Below, one piece after another: positions 1-11,700 of a DNA stretch of 64,000 nt. Under the pieces are notes generated by a model. It saw nothing but the letters and a program-made list of their open reading frames with translations, made no database searches and was not told the DNA's origin. Position numbers and translations under genes: made by a program. The stretch comes from Squalus acanthias. Lineage: Eukaryota. Where the stretch lies: contig CM059438.1 in the NCBI GenBank assembly GCA_030390025.1, forward strand, positions 77,438,001-77,502,000, in the 5' to 3' direction. The first letter of the stretch is position 1, and each line of letters opens with the position of its first letter.

Positions 1-1099
1 TTTTAATAGCTATATATAATTAACAACATATTCTGTTTTGATCCATTAATATCCTTTGTAACAGTAACTTATTTTACTACCTTTTGGAGTAAAGTACCTC
101 TTCAAATACATTACTATCAGCAGACCATTTAATACATGCATTACATCCAGATGTTAAAATTGCTGAACTGACATCAGTCAAATAGTGCAGCACTGCCTTT
201 TATGGAGCTAATGCTACATTGATACTGCTGGAATTATGTTCCTAAAAATGTAGCATAGCAGCCCTGGGAACATCTAGAACTTGGTGTACCATTGCAAACT
301 AGGCAACCTCCTACTTTTTAATACCAAGCTGCTGGCTGGACTATTACATACACTAGAATTTGGGAAACCTAAAAGCTGCAGGAAATCAAAGTCTAGCCTT
401 TATAATAAAAAACTTGGAATGTGCAATGCTGCAATTTTTACAGCTGGCTGACATCCATTTTGAATATATTGGTTAGAGCCGACATTATGGTATAACGCTT
501 TAATGATTCTCGTGTAAATGTTTTGCCCTCTACCAAAGCTGAGATTTTTATTGCTTTTATGCCATTTTTCCTCCTATCTTGTAAGTTTCTAGTGTATCCC
601 TTGGCTCACTTCCTCAATACTTGCCTCCTGTTGCTTGCTCTTATTTCAGTGCCATGGATTTTTAGACTTATTGGTGAATCATCAGTTAATGCAAAGCCAA
701 GGAGCAAAAACAATTGATTAGTGAGTCATGTTAAAACACTGGGATACGGGTGATCAGGTTTAGTCTCTGAAACAGCGATTTTAAAAAGCAATGCAAGTAT
801 CTAAACATTGTGTGCTTGGTAAAGACACTACCGTGTCACTGAGATTGTTCCAAGTCCTCCCTATGGTGGGTGCTACTTCTGCTTTCAGTAGCAAAAGAGC
901 TGTTCAGAAACAGGAACTGAGCATGTATGCATTTATTTTTTTTAACTAATAATAGATTTTGATTCATTTAGAAAAAACTAATGTTCGAAGGGGTACTTTT
1001 TTTTTATATAATGTGATGAAACAGTGGATTCAAAAAAGAGATGTAATTTAGGTTATGAGGCACAGTTAGTTGTGCAGGAAGTTACAAAGGGACGTAGGC

Positions 1100-1890
1100 A
1101 AAACTAGCCGATGGAGTTCACTGCGGGGAAGTGGAAGGTCATCGACATTGGATCCGAGAAAGGCAAATTTTCTTAATTGTGAGATGAGGAGCAAAGAGAT
1201 TTGGGTGTCCAGGTACACTAATCACTAAAAGCTAGTGTGCAGGTACAAAAAGTAATCAAAATGGCTAATAGGATGTTGGCCTTTAACTCGAGGGGGTTAG
1301 AAAATAAAAGTGACGAAGTGATGGGGTATAGTTGTATAGGGCCTTGGTCAAACCCCCATCTGGACTACTGCATTCAGTTTTAGGCACCGAACCTCAGGAC
1401 AGATATATTGGCCTTGGAGGTACAGCACTAATTCGCCAGAATGATACCTGGGCTTAAAGGGCTAAATAATGAGGGCAGGTTGCATAAACTTTGTATTCCC
1501 TTGAGTTTAGAAGGTTGGGAGGTACCGTAATCGAGGCATTTAAAATTATATTCAATAGACTAGATACAGAGAAACTATTTCCTCCTGGTTCGGGAAAACC
1601 AGAACAAGAGGGCATAATTTTAAAATTGAAGCTAGCTCATTGAGGACTGAAATCAGGAAGACCTTTTTCCACACAGTGTCGTGGAAGTTTAGAACTCTTC
1701 CCCAAAAAGGCTGTGGATGCTGGGTCAATTGAAATTTTCAAGACTGAGATCGATAGATTGTTGTTGGACAAGGGTATCCAGGGATATGGAGCAAAGACAG
1801 GTAAATAAAGTTGAGGTAGAGATCAGCCATGATCTAATTGAATGGTGGAACAGGCTCAAGGGGCTGTATGGCCTACTCCTGTTCTTATGT
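1100..1890 (+). mobile_element. Degraded CR1 LINE 3' fragment
   Basis: PHLDYCIQF-like coding remnants and the CR1 tail ggcctactcctgttcttatgtt. Confidence 0.8.
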
Positions 1891-2049
1891 TGGCCAGAAA
1901 CTATTGTGCTATATTTAGTCAGTTGCCAATGTTAAAAAAATTGGACTTTCCAGTTTTGTTAAATACTTTTCTTCTTGATTCATTTGATGAAAAAATAGCT
2001 GAAAAATACTGTATAGATCACAAGCTATTTGAATGAGAAAGGCTGCACA

Positions 2050-2530
2050 GTCCATCTTGGTTCATCCATGCAGAAAGGCCCTGCTGTCTCACCACCTCCC
2101 TCTAAATACAACATCTAATTGTTTCTCAAATAATTCCAAAGTTTTTGCCTCCACTACTCTTTCCGAAGTCCATTCCACGTATTTATCACACTTTTTGTGT
2201 GAAGAAGAACTTACTGATACTTGTCCTAAATTTGATACTAGTTTGAGCCCATGTACCCTTGTCCTACACACTCCATTTAGTTTGAAGTACTGTTTTGGTT
2301 CTGCCTTTTCCATACTGTTTACTGTCTTGTATACCTCAACCAGATCATCTGTCCTTTCAAGGCTTGGAAGCCAAAGTTTCACCAGTCTTTCCTCATAACT
2401 CGAGCCTTTTCCACTTGGGATCAGCATAATGGCTCTTCTGGATTGCGTCCTGCACCATGAATGTATTCCCTGTGTCTTAATGTCCAGAACTGGAACACAG
2501 TACTGAGTGTGGTCTGACGAGAGCACTGTA
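2050..2530 (-). mobile_element. Degraded CR1 LINE fragment
   Basis: ORF 2089-2526 contains SYEERL, DLVEVYK and RTRVHGLKL motifs. Confidence 0.75.
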
Positions 2531-2630
2531 CCATTTATTTAAAAAAAAAAATTATGCTTTGTTTCTTTTTAGCTAGAAGTAGTCATGTTGCATATATTTT
2601 GTTGTATTGATAAAACTTTATTGTCCCCAG

Positions 2631-2783
2631 AAACTACATCCAAAATGGATGTGGTTGACTTTAGCGAGATTGAGGCTCTACGGCACCAGTTGGAAGACGC
2701 CCAGCGCTGGAATGTGTCTCTGCAGTCCCGACTTGGACAGATGCAGGCTAGAGCTGGTGGAGTGGGTGCAGCCAATGATTCCG
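2631..2783 (+). CDS. CDK5RAP2: CDK5RAP2 coding exon (phase 1-1), [34 protein letters not shown]...
   Basis: Acceptor ttgtccccag, donor G|gtatac; 153 nt; coiled-coil peptide. Confidence 0.8.
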
Positions 2784-5700
2784 GTATACCGTTACTTTTC
2801 CCTCAAAATATATATCATGTGCATCATCAGCAGGTCACTTATAGTCTAAGATAATATCTTTTTAAACTGGTTATTCTGTGGTAAACTTGCTAGTATGTTG
2901 TGCTTGTTTTTTTTAGTATACAGGTCAAAGTTAAATTATGGCTTGAAATTGTTACAATCAAATATGGCAGTTGCAAAGTTTATTTTCTCATTTACATCTG
3001 GTAGTGTAATATTGCATGATTTCTGTACAGTGTATGCAGGAGATGAGTAAATACAATTTATTGGGAGGATACTTTAAATACTTGCCTCTATCCTGTGGCA
3101 AAGTGTTCTGTAAATTTCTAGCGGTAAAGTGCAATTTAAAATGCAGAGAAAGTACGTTGCTTAATACATAACTTGTCAGGAATCAACATCAGTTTTTTGG
3201 TTCTGAAGTAGCACTATAGCCTTCAAACGGGTGAACAACTGTGGATAAACAGAAAAACTGCAAATGCTAGAAATTAATGGCAGATTTGTCAGCTCAGTTT
3301 GGGGTGAGGTGGGTTGGGGTGAAATACGTTAACATTTTGGGTGGTACTTTTCAGCGGAATGCATGATTTAACCACCCTACCTGAAATGTTAACCTCTTTG
3401 TCTCATTCGGATGCTTACTTACCCGCCATGTAACTGTCATTTTTTGGTTGGTTTTATTGAAGGCAATGTGTTGAGATTCTTGAACTGAAATATAATATAA
3501 TGCACTGCAAGCTGTCTTCACTGACACTAATGTTTTCTAGGTGATACTTTTACAAGCTACGGAGACCAGACCTCGTATCTCAGCATCTGCCTCGGACAGT
3601 TTGATGATTTGGAGCAGGAAATAGTAAAACTTTCCCTGCCAGAGCTCAGACAAAGGTGAAGCTCTTTTTATCATATTTCACCCCCACCCCACTCCCCAAA
3701 CCTTGTGTGTTTTAATTAGAAGAGACTATTTTATGTTACATTTATAGTTTAATACTGCAGACAATTCATTTTTTTAAAAAAGACCGTTTCCTGTTTTGCC
3801 TTTTGCAAATGTCCAGGTTATTGAACTTCAGAAGTCTGTAAAAGCATTGCAAGCCAACAATCGGGAGCTGCAAGATAGAATTACTATGTCTGAGTGTTCC
3901 ATTCTGGGCTCAGACAGTCAAGAAAAGCAAGATGTACCAACGATGGCTGCTCAGATAAAGGTGAAGAAGTTGCTCTGGAGAAATAGTGGTGACCTGTCTA
4001 ACGCAACATAATGTTCTGTAACAAAGTACTTTACTTCCAGTGTTGTGCACAGCTCATGAATTAGCACAAAACATTGGTTCAGAATGCAGCTTACTTGGAT
4101 ATAAAAATGTCTACTGGAGTGTAATTTATGGTACAGATAAGTGACCAGGTGTTTTCTAAGAGTATATAAATCTCGTTGCATAGACATTTGGCTGTTCAAT
4201 GATCTTATTTCATAGTATTGATTTGTTCTGTGCTTAAATTCCCATTACATCACAGTAAATATAACGCAACAAGTTTTTATTCTTTAATCAATTTAAAACT
4301 ATTCAGATGTTTTAAAACTATTCAGATGTTTATGATTTTTTTCAGAATGTTCGGTCTGACTATGAGACTTGAAAAATCTGTTCGTTACTTTTTGTTCCAG
4401 GTCTCCTGTAATCCATTTTGCATTCAAGACATGCTATCATTTAAACTTCAGTTATATATGCTATAGTTTTCATACGTCCAGTTTTTTTTTCTTCAAACTT
4501 CATTCTTTTGTCTCATCCCGCTCCATGTCTCATATAGCTACTTAATCAAAGGCTAGAAGAATCATCGAAAATGAACAGAGTTCTTCAGGAGCAGCTACAA
4601 AGCCTTAACCAGCTTGAGGACCATCATTTGGTAGGACTTTGTTTTTCCATAAGGATTTTACCTATTTTGCTTTATCTTTGGTCTACAGCTACTCTCCTAT
4701 ATGTGGATGCAAACAGATTTTGAAAATGTATCTGAATTTAGCATTTGGATTTTTAAAAAAAAATGTTACTGCCTGCGCCTTTCCATCTCATTGTTACTTA
4801 ATTTTGCTTGGGTTCTTCATTAAGTCTGAAACTAAGGTGCATTTAAGGTTACATTCCTAAGGAAATAATTTTTCATAAGTGAAGAAACATGTATGTATGT
4901 AAATAAACTGTCCCTTGATGCTATGTTTCCCCAACCTGTACCATGTCCTCTGGGAGGATACAGTGATCTGGTCTGCAGTTGGTGCCATTTGTTTATAAAA
5001 CCCAAAATGGTGTGCATTTGAACAATGTGAGAATCCTTTTCTGCCCCTCTTCTCCCCCCGCCCTGTCAACCACCTTTTCATATGACACTCTTTTTTTCTT
5101 CTTCCCCCTCCACTTACAAAATTACTCTCTTGGCACAGTTGAGTGTAAATACTAGTTAAGCCTGAGATTTGACATTAATGAAAGTCTAATACTGTTAGTA
5201 TTTCTTTAGTTCTTGGGTTGCTTCCTCACTGTCTGTGTATTTATTTGATTTGGTAAGACACAGGCCTTGTCCAAAGATGACAAATGTATGCAGACGGCCC
5301 CTGAAGTTAAACAAGCATCAGAGACTGTGCCAGTGCAGCAACCCACTACCTGTGGCCTAAGAACAGCTACTGAGAAAAATTGGGAGCTGGATGCTTCAGT
5401 GGCGCCTTGTGACTCTGCTGCTGCTGATAGAAATAGTTCAGAGTCTGCAAAGTTGATATTTAAGGACCTGAACAAGATTAATTGTGAATTGGAAGATAAA
5501 CATAGACAGCTGCAAGAAGTGGAGACGCAGCTGGAGATAACCGAATGTCAGTTGCATGAAGTGGAGGCGAGACAGCACCAAATGGAGGAAGAAATTAGCA
5601 TGGTGAGGTCATTGATGGAGGAGAATGGTGTATCATCAGTATCTGAGCTCAGGTGGGTGCTATGGATATTTCCATATAAACTAGTATTTGTGAAATATTA

Positions 5701-8700
5701 TTGATCTATGCACTGAAGAGTCTTTCATTTCATTGACTCAAAGCTTGACATTCATTTGAAATTTCATTCAATTCTGGCTGGTTGACGATTTTCCCCCTCC
5801 ATTTCTATAGACTTTGATTTGTTTGCTTTGACTTGATTTGATGTCTTATTTCCTCTGCCACTGCAAATTGAATTTTAAAGCTTCACTAGCTCACACAAGT
5901 TATTATAGTATGAAAAGGACAAAGAAATTTGATATCTTTATATCCATGAATTAAAACATGGAGCGCGAAAGAAAGCACTTCAAGATTTTATCTCAGAAGT
6001 TATTCACATTCATTATACATAGCATCGCAGTGAATGGAATAGTTTTGTACACTTGATTTTTTTAAAAATCTTAAGGAACAATTGATGTCAGTTGATCCTA
6101 GGTTTGTAATACAGGTATCTGAAATAATTTAACAGTTAATTTGGAAGGTTTTTTTTACATAACCTGAATCAAGTGTCTTAGATATCACAAATAGTGCTTT
6201 GTCAAAGCATAATTTAATCATTCATATGACATTGTCTTTTCTGTTATGTACGAATAGATCATCTATATATGATACAGCTCATCTATTAATAGATTGATTT
6301 TCAAAACCATCTTTTCTAGGAATGAAATAGTGAAATTGAGAACAGAGATAACTGAACTGCAAGATCGACGTGGAGAAGACCTGTCAGTAAGTGAGAATGA
6401 AGACACTGAGGAAGAAATCGATGATGAGAGCGAAGGTAGCCTAAGAAAGACAGTTTTGAGGTTGAAAATTAAACTGAAGAATCACAAAAAGATAAATGAA
6501 CTTCTTAAGCAGCAAGTAGAACTTAACTCCTCTGGAGAGGGTGAAAATAATTTTAACCCTGACCTGATTGTAAACATGGCCAAAGAAATTGAACACCTGA
6601 AAGCTGAACTGGAAACTGCCAATCAAATGATAGCGAGCACGGACGGAAGACTGAGAGAAATGAAGACAAAAGAGCGGAAAGGGCTCCACGGGTCAAAGCT
6701 GCCACGGTCAAAATCTTTAGAGTTTCGAAACCACAAGGCAAAGAACACAGAGCAGATGTCTGATCAGTCTGTTATTTCTGCAATCCCTGTGGCTATTACA
6801 GTAAGTTCTTCTGTCTTTCTGTTAAGAGGCCATTTATTTTGTGAGCCTGGTACCATGTGAAAGCATGCACAGACTTTGTTCTAGGAGCATACCTCAGTCC
6901 TTTTTCTACTGTCACTAGTACTGGTTCCATTGTCAAAACACCCCACGAAAAATATCACTTAGTATTAGGGTTGCAAAATTCCGGGAATTTTTTAAAGAGG
7001 AAACTTTCCATGGGAATTTTTGGGAATTTTGAGTTTTTTTGCACACTGATGGTTTTTGTCTCTAACCCTTATATTATCTTTGTCATCAAAATAGACATAC
7101 TGTTCCATACAAATAAAAACAGGCTTTCAAAACTTTATTTAGGTTATAATTTTGAACTTTATTGAACCCCCACAAAAAAGACCCATCTAAAATAAAATAA
7201 AAAGTGCGTCAGCTTATTTAGCCTGTAATTTGTTCTTATTTTGTCTCTTTGAGTCTTCTACTTCTGAGTCTTCTACTCCTCATTGCTCCTCCTGATTCTC
7301 TGACTCTGGCTCTGATGTGTCCATTTCCTCCTCTGTGTCACTGTCTAGCTGTGTGGTGGACACTTCTGTATCTGGCTCAATAAGTTGTAGGTTCGCCCGG
7401 ATAGCCAACAGTTTCTCCACTCTCTTGTTAGTCAACCTGTTGCGCACCTTTGTATGCGTATTCCCAAAAAGTGACCAGTTTCAATGGGTGACAGGGCCTC
7501 AGATGCACAAAGTCCCTTCCACCAGGTATGTGCACTGATATGCTTGCATGATTCCCATATCCCGTCCCCATTCCAAAGACCTTGCTTGGTAGAGAACTTT
7601 GCCAGACTTCCCAGAACTTTGCCCACGTCCAGATTGAGGTGGCGTGAGAGGGTAGGAATCACACTAAGTGCTGTTGATCTGTTCTCCAAAAAGTATTGGT
7701 CTCCCAACATGCTTTGGGTCCAGCATGTATGCTGCAGCATGAATCGGCTTGACACAAAATTCTTGACGCATCTGTATGAATTGAACAATTGCCTTCTCTC
7801 TGCTTTGAGCAGTAGGGATGTGGGTAGGGCAATGCTGATTTGTTCTTTTAAATCAGCAAAAAGCCTGAACATCTGACAAGACAGCGTCATCTCCTTCAAT
7901 CTGAGCAATTGCAGATGCTACTGGTGAGAGTAGTTTAAGGCTGCTAACCACTCTCTCTCCCAAAACACATCATCCAGCAGTATTTTCTTGATGGTGGTTT
8001 CCATATCCCCAGACTGGGATATTGCCATTTCTTGCAGCGACTCCTTACCCTCCAGAAGGCTGTTGTACATTATGACAACGCCACCCCATCTAGTGTTGCT
8101 GGGCAGCTTCAGTGTGGTGTTCTTGTTCTTTGTTGTTTGCTTGGAGTTGTAGGTTGCTGCAACTACCTGTTTTCCCCTGACATACTTAACAACTTGCTTG
8201 GCTCTCTTGTACAGTGTTTCCATGGTTCTCAAACCCATGATGTCATGGAGGAGCAGGTTGAGCCCATGAGCTGCGCACCCAATAGATGTAATATGAGGGT
8301 AGGCCTCCTCCACTTGAGCCCAAGCAGCCTTCATATTCGCAGCATTGTCAGTAACTACTGCAAAGACCTTTTGTGATCCAAGATTGTTGATGACCGCTTT
8401 CAGCTTATAAGCAATGTATGTGCCTGTGTCTGTTGTCCTTCGTGTCTGTGCTCTTGAGAACACTGGGAGAGGAGTGGAGACGATGTAGTTTATGATGCCC
8501 TCCCCTCGTACATTTGACCACCCATCTGAGATCACTGCAACACAGTCTGTCATCTCTATTGTTTCTCTGAGCTTTCCTTGGACTCTGTTATACTCAGCCT
8601 CCAGCAAATAAGTAGACGAAGCATGTCTGGTGGGAGGACAGTATGCAGGGCGAATAACATTGAACAATCTCTTCCAGTACACATTGGCTGTGAGCATGAG

Positions 8701-11700
8701 GGGTGAGCCTGTCGCATATACAGCTCGAGCAAGGCACTCATCTGCATTCTTCTGGCTATGGTTATCCATTGTATCAAAGAACCTTCCAAGTGGGCCAGGA
8801 GTTGCTGATGATAAGGAGCCTGATGCTGAATGTGAACCATCATCTTCTTAAATGGAAGCAGTGGAACTCTGGGCTGACTGCTGTGAGCTTTGAGTGAAGT
8901 TGTTGCATTTGGATAAATGCTGCTGCATCTTTGTGGCATTCTTTACATATGGCTTTGTACAGTGTTTGCACATGTACACAGTCTTTCCATCTTTAATGCC
9001 TGGGGTAAAATGCTTCCACACATCCGACGGTAAACGTGGCATTGTTCTATGCAGAGAAATAAAGGGCATTCGTCTCTGTGTCGAACTGCGGTCGATCAGC
9101 ACGATTGCAACAAGCCAGGGTGAGTACATTTTTCCTGATGCTCCATGTGATGGAAGCATGACCTGTGCACGCACGACGCTACATCACCAATAGAGGGAGC
9201 TAATCGCTCATCCAACCAATCAGGACACATTTGTTCACAGTCTCACACAAAACTTGTAATTATTAAAACAAGCCAAGTAACAAGATAAACATATATTGAT
9301 TAAGAAATTCCTTAATAATTAAGATTCCATCTCTGTTAGTAATTTTAAGAGAGGACCTGTGGGGGAAAAAAAAAAGAAAGACAAAAAAAAACAATATTAT
9401 GCTAGTATATGCTTTTTTGGGCAAAATTCCCAAGCTGAACTTCCCGTGGAAAATTTCCGGAAATTTACCGGAAACTTTCCACCCCTTTGCAACCCTACTT
9501 AGTATTATTTTGTCAGTCTTTTCCGATATTTTAATGTCCTTAATGTATTTTTGTTCCTTTTGTCAAATGTTAAAATGGAAGGATATAATTTTGGATTTTT
9601 ACCTTGACTGGTTATATTCACCCAAAGGCCTGTGGCACAATTCATTGAGACAGGCACCTGATGCTATTCAGACAACACTCTTGCTATAATGGACCATATT
9701 CTGGCCTGTATCTGATGCCCTTAATGTGGCGTCCGGGTTTGCAGCCAATTGAGAGCGTAACTAAGAGGCGGCCAGTCACTTTGTTACACTAATGATTTTG
9801 TGGCAAATGTTAAACTGCAGTGCCCAACCACTCAATTTTCATTTGACGACATGCTCCCTTCACAGTATGGGGTGCTCATCTCCAGGGAGCTTGGAATCCA
9901 GGGATATAGACTCTGCCACATACTCCTTGGAACATTAATAACCTTGAGCGTTCATCAGTGTGGCTGTCGTTACTAATCTGTAATAAATCAGACTGAGTGA
10001 AGCAGTAACTCAATACGGATCTCTATATTGAAGGGTATTCTAACAATCGACTACATGTAACCAAATACAAAAAATACTGTAGGTTCTAAAATATTTTTGA
10101 AACTTTGGTTTCCCTTTGCTATTAATAAAAGCCCGAATGCATGTATTTTATTCAGATCAATACTAGGTCTCGCCTCCCTGTCCCACTGAAACGGCCAAAG
10201 TCTGTCAACAATGTGAACTCTGCCACCGCTAGCCAAGATATCCCTCCTGACCATCAACAAGTTGATCAGTTGAGGGCAGTATTGAAAGACTACAAACTGC
10301 TGAACAAACAGTTGCAGAGTAAGTTGTATGCAGCTGAGGCAACACTTGCCAGCCAGGCAGAGAAATTAAAGCTTCATTGTACTCCTATCCATGGTAAGTA
10401 GCTCAGCATTGTTTGTAAAGAGCAATTGTGCAGTAGCATTATTCAGCGTTTCAAAATGATGGAAAGTTTGCAGAGTGAACCTCTCCCACTCCCAGTCTGC
10501 TCATTGTGTCAGCAATTGCTTTAACTAAGTGCTATTTTCAAACAGTGGTTACCGTTTTAGTTATATTTTTAAATGGGACCTTGATCTCCCTTGATTTATA
10601 TGGCCAGGCTTTTTAGTTATAAGCAGACTAATTCCCAGGCAGCAGCTGTGAAAGGCACAGTGCCAGGATTATTGGATGGAGAAAGAAGAGTGAAATAATG
10701 GCTTCTAGGAGGCCCACATAGCTTTCTAGCTCTGACTCTTGACACATCAGTGCCACAAACAGCAACAGAGCACAGATACAACCAGGCCCCTGCAGGCACC
10801 AGCATCATTGCTGAAATCTCTGTCGACAGCATGATTTATATGGTGAGCCTTTTTATTTGTAACGTGAGAACATGCTTCAAATGGAATATGAAATTTGGCA
10901 ATATTTTGTGGTCCTTAGATTTGATGCATTTATACGAATTAATAGAGGAAATTTTCTAGTCAACATTGCTGGTGGTGCAGGAGTGGAATAGGGAAGGGTT
11001 TGGAAAATCAGCTGGAGATCCATTTCATTGGATTGCAAAGTTCTGGTCAGGGCTTAAGGAAGTTTTTAGGATCTCTTGCCAAAAGCGGGAAAGAAATTCT
11101 TTTCAATATTATAATGTATTGTAACAGCTACTTGCTATCGCACACAAATTTTCAATGATTCTCACCAGAATTAAATTTGGCGTTATAAAACAGGTAGTCA
11201 TGCTCTGGGCTAACAGGAAGTCTGCATTTAAATGGGGCCTGCTGTTTCTGAAGAATATCTGAAAGTATAATTTATCTTTAAATTTGTGTTAAGTGTTCTC
11301 CATTATTATTTGTGTCAGGTTATTTGTGACGAATTTTGGCTACCAGTTGCTGCGCTTATAATTGTGAAAATGGCTATTCTATTTTTGTGGTGGTCTGAGG
11401 ATCAATAAGGGCTGCAAGGCAGGTCAGATTGCATTGGGGTGGACTGCATTTACTTGGGCTTATCCACAAAGCCATATCTACAGGCAGAGATGCCAACCTT
11501 AGAATGAATAAAACTGCCTATGCAGGCTGCACTTCACTTGAGATGCAGTGACCAAGGTCTTGCTGTCTCTTGGAATCTGATCTCCCGACAACTTCCATCG
11601 CAGGGGCAGCGCTGCCAATGGCTGTCAGTCATCACAGTCCTGAAATTTTATGCGTTTAGCTCATTCTAAGCTGCCACAGGAAACATCCGCAACAGCAGCC

